DNA of 49,439 bases from Meyerozyma guilliermondii. Lineage: Eukaryota. The translations under genes were made by a program, and so were the position numbers. Positions 30,903 to 40,200 of this stretch are shown one piece after another (within the stretch, counting starts at the first letter, position 1; every line of letters begins with the position of its first letter). Under the pieces are notes generated by a model. That model saw only the letters and a program-made list of their open reading frames with translations. It ran no database searches and had not been told where the DNA came from. The stretch is from contig CP128815.1 of the NCBI GenBank assembly GCA_051546255.1, forward strand, positions 2,046,001-2,095,439, read 5' to 3'.

Positions 30903-32540
30903 ATGATTAATGAATATCTCACAAAACTTGAAGTTCCTCATGAGAATAATGATATCCCGAATATTTTAAAAAACCCAGATTTGGAGCCAATGCCTCCTTC
31001 TAGACGAATCTGGGGTTTTTGGTCCTTCTTTGGCTACTGGGCGGTACCCAATATCACAGTTTGGACGTGGTCCACAGGTAGCGCTATGCTAGGTTTGGGC
31101 TTAAATATTCAACACACCATGGGAGCCCTAACGTTGGGGAATTTGTTGATTATATTGTATACCTGCTTGAACTCCACTATGGGCCTGAAATACCATATTG
31201 GGTACACTGTGTGTATGAGACTGATTTTTGGAATATATGGCTCTGGAATTGGTATTCTTATTCGGTTTATCTTGTCAGTGGTATTTTATGGATCGCAAAG
31301 TTGGTTGGGTGGTTTAGGGCTTGTTGTTACTTTTTCAAGTTTCAGCAAAGACTTTATGAACATGAAGAATACGTTTCCGGACAGCGTTGCCATGACCACC
31401 AGAGACTTTATTGGATTTTTTGTGTTTCTGGTAATTCAAATCTTTTTCTTGTTTATGAAACCCGAAAGGATGAACAAATACGTCAACTTGTCTTGTGCTG
31501 CTTGTGCTGCTGCATTTATAGCCATATTTGGTGTCTGCTTGAAAAAAAATCATGGTCCCGGAAGTCTATTTCATGAAGGGGTCAATATGAGCTCTTCGAA
31601 AACAGCTTGGATGTGGGTTTACTCTATGACTATATGGTATGGTGCATTATCTCCTGATGTGACGAATCAAAGCGATTTCTCAAGATTTGCGTCGTCCAAA
31701 AGGAAAATGTACTTGGGAATAATTACTTCTGTTTTGATAACGGGCACTTTTGTTCCTCTATTTGGACTTTTATGTGCTTCGGCCACCCAGGACTTATACG
31801 GTACAGCAATGTGGCTTCCAACCGATATTGTGCTTCAGTGGATGGGTGAAAACTATAATTCCGGATTACGAGCTGGTGCTTTTTTTCTTGGAATTGCCTT
31901 TGCATTCTCGCAACTTACTTTCAACGTACTAGCCATGGGATTTGCCGGGGGGATGGACTTGGCAGGAGTGTATCCAAGGTTCATTAACATTAGAAGGGGA
32001 GCCATCATAACTGCCTTACTATCATGGGTAGTACAGCCTTGGCGCTTCTATAATACTTCGTCTGTCTTTATGAACGTTATGAGTTCTTTTGGAGTTATAG
32101 TAACCCCAATCATAGCAATATTGATAGCGGATTTTATGGTTGTACGAAACTATACCCTTCCTTTGCTGGACCTTTACAGTACGCATCCCGATGGTACGTT
32201 TTATTTTCTTGGAGGTTTCAACCTTCGAGCTATCCTTGTGTGGCTTGCAGCTGCAGTTCCAGGAATACCAGGCTTGATTGGAAGAGTACAAGACGTCAAA
32301 ATTCCTGCTGGCTTGAACAACTTTTATTTCGGAAACATCATCTTTGGTTTCGTGTGCCCGTTCGTTCTCTACATCATAGTTTGCAAAGTGTTTCCCCCAA
32401 AAAACCTTGGAGTATGTGATGATCACGATTATTTTGAGAATTTTGATGTGAGTAACCAGGGAAGGATAGAGGTGATTGTCGGCTCTGAGGTTTCTAAGAG
32501 GGAATCGTTTTCCCCAAAGGAGAAGCAATTTGATGATTAG
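30903..32540 (+). CDS. NCS1-family permease, Thi7/Nrt1-like
   Basis: LEVP…KNPDLEP…WGFWSFFGYW, NQSDFSRF, FINIRRG, VQPW; about 12 TMs; first ATG at 30903. Confidence 0.92.
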   Translation: MINEYLTKLEVPHENNDIPNILKNPDLEPMPPSRRIWGFWSFFGYWAVPNITVWTWSTGSAMLGLGLNIQHTMGALTLGNLLIILYTCLNSTMGLKYHIGYTVCMRLIFGIYGSGIGILIRFILSVVFYGSQSWLGGLGLVVTFSSFSKDFMNMKNTFPDSVAMTTRDFIGFFVFLVIQIFFLFMKPERMNKYVNLSCAACAAAFIAIFGVCLKKNHGPGSLFHEGVNMSSSKTAWMWVYSMTIWYGALSPDVTNQSDFSRFASSKRKMYLGIITSVLITGTFVPLFGLLCASATQDLYGTAMWLPTDIVLQWMGENYNSGLRAGAFFLGIAFAFSQLTFNVLAMGFAGGMDLAGVYPRFINIRRGAIITALLSWVVQPWRFYNTSSVFMNVMSSFGVIVTPIIAILIADFMVVRNYTLPLLDLYSTHPDGTFYFLGGFNLRAILVWLAAAVPGIPGLIGRVQDVKIPAGLNNFYFGNIIFGFVCPFVLYIIVCKVFPPKNLGVCDDHDYFENFDVSNQGRIEVIVGSEVSKRESFSPKEKQFDD

Positions 32541-32804
32541 CAGATTTGCGGAACGGAGTGGATATATTTATGGTCCTCTTTATAGGCAAGGTTTTTATGC
32601 GTTTAATTCAGTGATAGATTTTGTATCGTGTTTATATATATTATAAAAGGGCAGAATAGTAAATAAGAGATTATATTTTAAACAGCTGAAGGAAGCATCG
32701 TTAATTCAAGAATATTAACTTGTATCCGGAATACTGATCCAATCCTCGGTTCGAGAAATATGATTAGAGAGTGACTTTTTAGAAATTCATATGTATATAA
32801 ACTG

Positions 32805-34250
32805 TCAATTTTGAAGCCTTTGTCTAGCATCGTCAAAGATTGGGAACCAGCGAGTATTGTAGACAAAGTATAATTCAGACAATGCCAAAACGAAAATTCC
32901 AACTCCAAGTCCGATCCAGAGCCCATACAAATCCAAGCCAAAGTAGAACGCTAGGATCAACGATAATGGTACAGCTATCAAGTAATAGATCATCAAGTTA
33001 AGCCTTGAGCCAATTGCTTGTCGTCCTTGTCCTCTAAGAAAACCAGCAAGAATGATGTTTGCGCAATCGTACAACTGATTGATACCCAAGATTGTGAGGA
33101 TTTTCAGACTGACAATTAAGACTCTTTTATCGGAAGTGAAGCATCTTCCAATTGCAAATCTGAAGAATATTAAAAGACCAGCGTCCAAGACACCCAAGAT
33201 TCCAGCGACAGTGTAAGTCACTCTGGTCAATCTTCGAAGTCCAGCTAGATCTTGCAGTCCTACACGATCAGCTATTTTGGTTGAAAGTGCAACAGAAACT
33301 CCAAAGGGAATCTGAAAAGCCATTGTTGCGGTTGTTGAAGCAATAGACTGAGCAGCGAGCGCTGTAGTTCCAAACCTTGAAGCGGCCAAAGTCAAAATTT
33401 CAAAGGCGATGAATTCTGATAGAAGCATAGCAGTTCCATTGATTGCAAGCCCGAACATGGAGGACCACTCACTTAATTTGAAAGCCTGTCTCAACTCTAG
33501 TCCAAACCAGCACTTTTTTCCATCGATGAATAGCACGTACAATAACAAAAAAAGGCTCATGAGCCAATAGCTTATAGCTATCGAGATAGGAGCTCCAACA
33601 AATCCGATTCCATATGACTTGTTCCACACCAATAAATAGTTTAAACCAACATTTATGGGTACCACCAAAAAGATAGAAAATTGCCCAGCACTGTAGATAC
33701 CCTGGCACTGCAAAAATCGTTTTCCTGTCTCAAATAGAATGTAACCGGGAGCTCCAAATGACAAGTATCTGAGGTACGTCTGTGCTAGCAAAAGTAGTTC
33801 TTTCTGTGGAACAATGAATTTGAGAATCGAAGCACTAAAGCACCAAAATAACAAAACAGGAATTGAAGTCACCAATAGCATGGCGCTGCCCCTTTGAAAA
33901 TACATACCCACAAGTCTATGGTTACCTGAACCGTAGGCTTGGGCACAAAACGTATCAAGACTAGTAGCCATACCATTAAAAATGGAATTTCCAACGTTAT
34001 AAGTAATTGTAGCTAGGGAAACAGCAGCCAATTCGTTCTTTCCCAACCCACCAACGGAAATTATGGCAAACACAGATATAGAATACTGTAAGAAAAGAGT
34101 AGTAATCAAGGGAAATGAAGCTTTACCCACAGCAACGAAATCTGAAATCAAAGCTGGGGAGTGAATATGACTTTCTGGATCTGTTGAGCCATATTTGTTT
34201 AAGCAGTTTTCAGAAATAAGGCTTGTGGAATCATCTGGAGAACTACTCAT
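32805..34250 (-). CDS. MATE-family efflux transporter (Erc1-like)
   Basis: LGKNELAAVSLA, LDTFCAQAYG, KRFLQCQG, EFIAFEIL, LRGQGRQAIG, GLWIG. Confidence 0.93.
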   Translation of the reverse strand: MSSSPDDSTSLISENCLNKYGSTDPESHIHSPALISDFVAVGKASFPLITTLFLQYSISVFAIISVGGLGKNELAAVSLATITYNVGNSIFNGMATSLDTFCAQAYGSGNHRLVGMYFQRGSAMLLVTSIPVLLFWCFSASILKFIVPQKELLLLAQTYLRYLSFGAPGYILFETGKRFLQCQGIYSAGQFSIFLVVPINVGLNYLLVWNKSYGIGFVGAPISIAISYWLMSLFLLLYVLFIDGKKCWFGLELRQAFKLSEWSSMFGLAINGTAMLLSEFIAFEILTLAASRFGTTALAAQSIASTTATMAFQIPFGVSVALSTKIADRVGLQDLAGLRRLTRVTYTVAGILGVLDAGLLIFFRFAIGRCFTSDKRVLIVSLKILTILGINQLYDCANIILAGFLRGQGRQAIGSRLNLMIYYLIAVPLSLILAFYFGLDLYGLWIGLGVGIFVLALSELYFVYNTRWFPIFDDARQRLQN

Positions 34251-34548
34251 TTCTCAATAAAAGATACTTGGAAGCAGGTGATATTATATTTCTGTGGCAT
34301 TTTGTTATTGTTAAGTTTCTCTCGTATCATAGAGTTGTTATCAGAAACGTTTTCTCGTATCATAAAGTTGTTATCAGTCTCCATCTTTCATCGGAACATG
34401 AGATTCTTATCTCACAATTGCGAGGAAATCAGATCTGATATCCGGGTAAATGTGAGAATGGTTGCAATTTCGAGCGAAAAATTGCGAACGACAAACTATA
34501 AAATGGGTGCAAAAAACCAGATTTTCAAGAAAACAGGTAGATCTGATC
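34251..34548. promoter_or_regulatory. 298-bp bidirectional promoter (MATE / ureohydrolase) with GATA sites, a 25-bp direct repeat and the palindrome ATCAGATCTGAT
   Basis: TCTCGTATCATA(G/A)AGTTGTTATCAG at 34320-44 and 34353-77; CTTATCT 34406; AATTGCGAGGAA 34416-27; palindrome 34428-39; TATAAAA ~34497. Confidence 0.7.
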
Positions 34549-35904
34549 ATGTTATCGAAACTTGCACTTGTTTCTTTGATTGGAGTCTCTGGGACTTACT
34601 CTAGCATTGTCCCTGTGGAACAAAAGCCTTTGATGTTGCAATGTGAACCAGTGGACATGGCAGGAAGAAACGCTTTGGTGAACTCTCGCAGTGGTAAAGA
34701 TGTGTCTGGAAAGTCATTTCTTGATCGCTACTACGGTTCGTTCTTTGATAACATCCAAATCGAATCAAACTCAATGGCTCCAGATGGAAGTTTGAAAAAG
34801 CAACCGGGCACTCTTGACTGGAGTTTACACTCCTTGATGGTCAATGATGAGTACGAGTATCCGGATAAGGATGACTTACGTGATATCAACGGAACGAACA
34901 CTTTGTATCGTGGAGGAGAGTTCGGAGGGTTGGTCACATTCGCTCATACTCCATACGCCAATTGCTATGATCCAGCGTTTTATGACAAGGAGGAATTTGA
35001 TATTGCGGTTGTAGGAGCTCCGTTTGACTCGGGAGTTTCATACAGACCCGGTGCAAGATTTGGACCTAGTGGAATCAGAATGGGTTCACGTCGATTGGCT
35101 CCTGCTTATTCAGTTTACAGAGATTCTTTCGACCCATACTCCAACTGGGCTAAGATAGTTGACTGTGGAGACCCTCCTGTGACTCCTTTGGACAACAGGG
35201 TTGCTTTGGATCAAATCTACCGGGCTAATCGTGCTATTGGTAGACACAAGACTACCCAGTCCAATCCCAACAAGTCCCCCAAAGTGTTTACACTTGGAGG
35301 TGACCATACAATCACCTTGCCAGCAATCAAAGCAGCATATGAGAATTTTGGACCAATCACCGTTATCCACTTTGACTCACACTTGGACACTTGGAATCCG
35401 TACTATTTTGGAGGAAATGTCACCGATTACCAGTCTGTGAACCACGGCACTTATCTTCACTGGGCTCATGAAAAGGGTCTCTTGACCAACCTGTCCATTC
35501 ATGCTGCTATCAGAGGACCATATCCTGGACCTAAAGATGTTCAACATGATGAAAAATGTGGTTTTGATCGCATCTTGGCAAGGGATATTGACAAAATTGG
35601 AACCCAAGGTATTATCAAGAAGATCAGAGACAGAGTGGGAAGCGGAGCTATCTATATCACAGTCGATGTAGACTCCATGGATCCTGCTAACACTCCTGCT
35701 TCTGGTACTGTGGAGCCTGGTGGGTGGACCTCAAGAGAGTTGCTTACTATTCTTGACGGCTTGGAGGGACTCAATGTTGTGGGAGGAGATGTGGTGGAGG
35801 TGTCCCCACCATTCGACACTGTTGCCGAGTTGACGTCTATCACTGCTGCCCAAGTTGCTGACCTGATCATTTCGTTGATGATTATCAAGGATGAGAAGAA
35901 CTGA
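34549..35904 (+). CDS. Ureohydrolase (agmatinase/guanidinobutyrase family) with predicted signal peptide
   Basis: GAPFD…RPGARFGPSGIR, GGDHT, HFDSHLD, DVDSMDP, GTVEPGG, DVVEVSP with all metal ligands intact; hydrophobic N-terminus from ATG 34549. Confidence 0.93.
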   Translation: MLSKLALVSLIGVSGTYSSIVPVEQKPLMLQCEPVDMAGRNALVNSRSGKDVSGKSFLDRYYGSFFDNIQIESNSMAPDGSLKKQPGTLDWSLHSLMVNDEYEYPDKDDLRDINGTNTLYRGGEFGGLVTFAHTPYANCYDPAFYDKEEFDIAVVGAPFDSGVSYRPGARFGPSGIRMGSRRLAPAYSVYRDSFDPYSNWAKIVDCGDPPVTPLDNRVALDQIYRANRAIGRHKTTQSNPNKSPKVFTLGGDHTITLPAIKAAYENFGPITVIHFDSHLDTWNPYYFGGNVTDYQSVNHGTYLHWAHEKGLLTNLSIHAAIRGPYPGPKDVQHDEKCGFDRILARDIDKIGTQGIIKKIRDRVGSGAIYITVDVDSMDPANTPASGTVEPGGWTSRELLTILDGLEGLNVVGGDVVEVSPPFDTVAELTSITAAQVADLIISLMIIKDEKN

Positions 35905-36120
35905 AGGGATCGTCGTCAGTGGCTTTTTTGCTACATCTATCTAGTTTTTATCTCAATTGAACTCATTTTTCAATTTCGGAAATATTTCGCGAAATCGAAT
36001 AAAATTAAGCTTTATCTGGTGCGCGGCTGTCCCAATCGGGGCTCGTTTCCGAGGACAAACTTCGCATCTCACTTCTCACTTCTCACGCCGTATTTCTCAT
36101 TTCACTCACTTTTCTTTACC

Positions 36121-36948
36121 ATGGGCTACCCTTCACCCCTCAAAGTTGCAACCAGAAAACTAAACGACGATGTGGTTATTTCCTCGTGTCCTTTTTCCAT
36201 AATGAACTTTATGCATCTTGGTGCAAGAATGGCTTGTATCAACAGTGATGGAAAAATTGTCATTTGGTCTCCGCTTCCATGGGGTCCTCATGTCATCGAA
36301 GCGCTTCAATTGCTCACGGGGAAGACTTCTACCGACGCCAATGACTATAATGTGACCCATATTGTCGTAGCTAATCTTCAACATGATATGGGAGTTCGCT
36401 CTGTCAAGCCCCAGTTTCCACACTCCAAAGTAATTGGTGCACACACTTTGCAATACGATTCGCTCGACTATAAGGTGAACAGCGACTTGGGGAACAAGCC
36501 GGTGAAATTACAAGATATTGCAGCCGCTAATGGCGAAACGGTTAGTGGATACGAAAACTTGGAGTTTGTCTATTTGAGTAAACACAAAAACCGGGAATTA
36601 GTGGTTTATGAGAACAAACACAAGGTTTTGTTTGAGTCAGATTTGCTTATTACCGTTGGAGACAGAGGACCAACTAACACTCTTGAGCAGTACTCTGAAG
36701 CTACTGGGTTTACTGACGGCTATAATCCCCACACTGGAAGAGCTCTCATTGGTAATTTTTTCTATCCTCAAGGATGGGTTTCGCAGTGGATTCAACGCAG
36801 AATTAACGGATTCAAGTTTCCAGAGGGCATTGAGGGATGCAAGGCAATATTGCTGTGGGATATTGAAACCATAGTTCCGAGCCACGGCAACTTGGTGGAA
36901 AAAAACTGTTCGGGAATATTGAAGCAGGTTTTTGGGTTCGAAAAGTGA
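36121..36948 (+). CDS. DUF4336-like protein (metallo-beta-lactamase-like fold)
   Basis: GARMA…IWSPLP, HIVVANLQH, ELVVY…LFESDLL, WDIETIVPSHG; first ATG at 36121. Confidence 0.78.
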   Translation: MGYPSPLKVATRKLNDDVVISSCPFSIMNFMHLGARMACINSDGKIVIWSPLPWGPHVIEALQLLTGKTSTDANDYNVTHIVVANLQHDMGVRSVKPQFPHSKVIGAHTLQYDSLDYKVNSDLGNKPVKLQDIAAANGETVSGYENLEFVYLSKHKNRELVVYENKHKVLFESDLLITVGDRGPTNTLEQYSEATGFTDGYNPHTGRALIGNFFYPQGWVSQWIQRRINGFKFPEGIEGCKAILLWDIETIVPSHGNLVEKNCSGILKQVFGFEK

Positions 36949-37292
36949 AAAAGGAGAAGAGAAAGAAACGAGAGGAAGAAGCTGTTTACTGCAACTGTTA
37001 TTCGTTTTTCATGCTTTTCTACTTTTTCCTATTTTTCACTTCTTCGTCAGGTACTGCACACTGCCACTACCCCAGATCGCGTGTCTCACTATTTACTTCT
37101 TTACTTCTCACTTCTTACTTCTTACTTCTTACTTGTATCAAAGAAGGTATCATGTATTAGCAATTAAAGGAATATACAGTGCCGAGGTAGCTAATGATCT
37201 GTCGATCTGTTGTGAAATGCAAAATAAAAGTCTAATAAAAAATCCGTGGCCTCGAATATTTGGGTCACGGTCGCCAGTATAACTTCACAAGT

Positions 37293-40200
37293 CTAGAATA
37301 AAATTCCAATGAAAAGTGCACTGGCAATGGCGAACGAGAAGGGCTGAATGGTGGCGGCTCCTCCGGTGGCGGAAGCATGGACTTGGGCTGCTACTGTTGG
37401 GGAAGATTGGGCGCCAGACGGGGTGACTGAAATCTGGGAGTTTTGAGAGTTTTGCTGGTTTGGTTGGTTTGGTTGGTTTGTGACTGAGCCAGTAGGACGA
37501 GCAGTACCTGCGACAGTAGCTGGGTTTGATTCTGAGGGCTGAGAACCGCCTGGAGAAGATGGTGAAGCTGGAGCGGAAGGAACGGAAGCTGGACTTGTTC
37601 CTGCTTTAGCTGGATTTTCTGAAGCTGGGCTTTCTTTGGCAGGGCTTTCCGTTTCAGGCAATGGACAGTAGGTGGTATAAGTGTATCGAGGCTTGGTGAC
37701 AGTGGTGACACCTGTGGTAACCTCGTTGGCTGTACACTTGCCGTTGGAGCAGCTGGTGATGGTGACAATTGTAGTGCTGATATCACTGACGGTTTTGGCT
37801 TTGGCAGTTTCAGCAGTGTCACATGGAACTGTGGTTGTGACTGTGATACCCTTGGTGGTGGTCACAATAACCTTGCTCGTAACAGATCCAGTTCCTTCAG
37901 GAACAACGGTGGTGTACTCGGTACAAGCCGTGCACAATGGTCCCAAGTCTGTCGTGTAAGTGGTCAAGTGGCCAGCAGAGTCGGTTGTAACGATAACATT
38001 ACCAGTCTCGGTAGACACAGATCCATCGGTCTTGGTTGTTACAAAGGTCGTTGGAACCTTGGTGCACTTAGGACAAACTGGACCAGTGCTGGTTGTGTAC
38101 GTCGTCAAGTGACCGCTTCCATCAGTGGTAACAATAACCTTTCCAGTGTCAGTTTCCGTCTTTCCATCAGAATTCGTGGTAACATAAGTTGTTGGGAACT
38201 CAGTACACTGAGGACAAACTGGTCCAGTGCTAGTGGTATAAGTTGTCAAGTGACCGCTTCCGTCAGTTGTAACAATAACCTTTCCATTGTCGGTTTCAGT
38301 CTTTCCGTCAGAGTTCGTGGTAACATATGTTGTTGGGAACTCGGTACACTGAGGACAAACTGGTCCAGTGCTAGTGGTATAAGTTGTCAAGTGACCGCTT
38401 CCGTCAGTTGTAACAATAACCTTTCCAGTGTCAGTTTCTGTTTGACCATTGGAGTTGGTGGTAACATATGTGGTGGGGAAATCAGTGCATTGTGGGCAGA
38501 CGGGACCAATGTCAGTGGTATACGTTGTCAAGTGTCCAGTGGTATCAGTGGTGACAATAACATTTCCGGTATCAGTCTCGGTATTGCCAGCTGAATTGGT
38601 CGTAACAAATGTTGTTGGGAACAGAGTACATTGAGGACAAACGGGACCAATATCAGTTGTGTAAGTGGTCAAGTGTCCAGTAGTATCAGTGGTGACAATG
38701 ACATTTCCAGTATCCGTCTCAGTCTTTCCGGCAGAATTGGTCGTCACAAAAGTAGTTGGGAACAGAGTGCACTGTGGGCAGACAGGACCAATATCAGTTG
38801 TGTAAGTGGTCAAGTGTCCAGTAGTATCAGTTGTGACGATCACATTTCCAGTGTCAGTCTCAGTCTTTCCATTCGAATTGGTCGTCACGAAAGTGGTTGG
38901 GAACAGAGTACATTGTGGGCAGACGGGTCCGATGTCAGTGGTATAAGTTGTCAAATGGCCAGTAGTATCGGTTGTGACAATAACATTTCCGGTATCAGTC
39001 TCAGTCTTGCCAGCTGAATTGGTCGTAACGAAAGTCGTTGGGAACAGAGTACATTGTGGGCATACGGGTCCAATATCGGTGGTGTAAGTCGTCAAGTGTC
39101 CAGTTGTGTCGGTGGTCACGATAACCTTACCAGTATCAGTTTCCGTCTTTCCAGCAGAATTGGTCGTCACAAAAGTAGTTGGGAACTCAGTGCATTGTGG
39201 GCAGACGGGACCAATGTCAGTGGTATAAGTTGTCAAGTGTCCAGTGGTATCAGTGGTGACAATAACATTTCCGGTATCAGTCTCGGTATTGCCAGCTGAA
39301 TTGGTCGTAACAAATGTTGTTGGGAACAGAGTACATTGTGGGCAGATAGGTCCAATGTCAGTAGTGTAAGTTGTCAGATGTCCTGTTGTGTCAGTTGTGA
39401 TAACTACCTTACCAGTGTCAGTTTCTGTCTTGCCGGCTGAATTAGTGGTAACGAATGTGGTAGGGAATTCAGTACACCCAACGCACTGACCAGATGATGC
39501 TTGTGATGAGGAAGTGGGATTGCTTGAAGAAGCCACGCTAGAAGACACAGGTCCAGTAGATGATACTTGACCTGATGAAGCTGGTGCACTTGAAGATGCT
39601 GGTCCAGAAGATGAAGCCGCGCCCGAGGAAGCTGGTCCTGTCGAAGGAGCCGCACTAGAAGAACCAGGAGCGCTTGAAGAAGCAGGTCCAGAAGATGAAA
39701 CTTGACTCGAAGAAGCCGATCCGCTCGAAGATGCTGCTCCTGAAGAGGCTGCGCTTGACGAAATAGGAGCACTCAAAGAGGCTGGTGCGCTAGATGAGGC
39801 TTGGCTTGAGAAAGCTTGGCTAGAAGAAACAGCACCCGAGGAAGCTGGAGAGCTGGAAGAAGCACCAGAAGAAGCAGAAGCACTAGATGATGCTGCACCA
39901 GATGAAGCAGGAGCATTAGATGACGCAGCACTAGATGAAGCGGCATTAGATGAAGCTGCACTAGATGCTGGTCCGGTAGAAGAAGCTTGGCTTGAAGAAG
40001 CAGCATTGGAAGATGCTGGAGCACTCGAGGAAGCGGGATCGCTTGAGGAAGCACCACTGGATGAAGCTGGGGCGCTAGACGAAGCAGCAGACGAAGCAGC
40101 AGATGAGGCAGCAGACGAAGCAGCAGATGAAGCAGCGGATGAAGCAGCGGATGAAGCAACAGATGAGGCAGCAGATGAGGCAGCAGATGAGGCAGCAGAT

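Noticed and set aside
37935..39485. Regularly spaced repeats as a CRISPR-like array
   Set aside because: In-frame coding repeats without unique spacers, in a eukaryotic gene.
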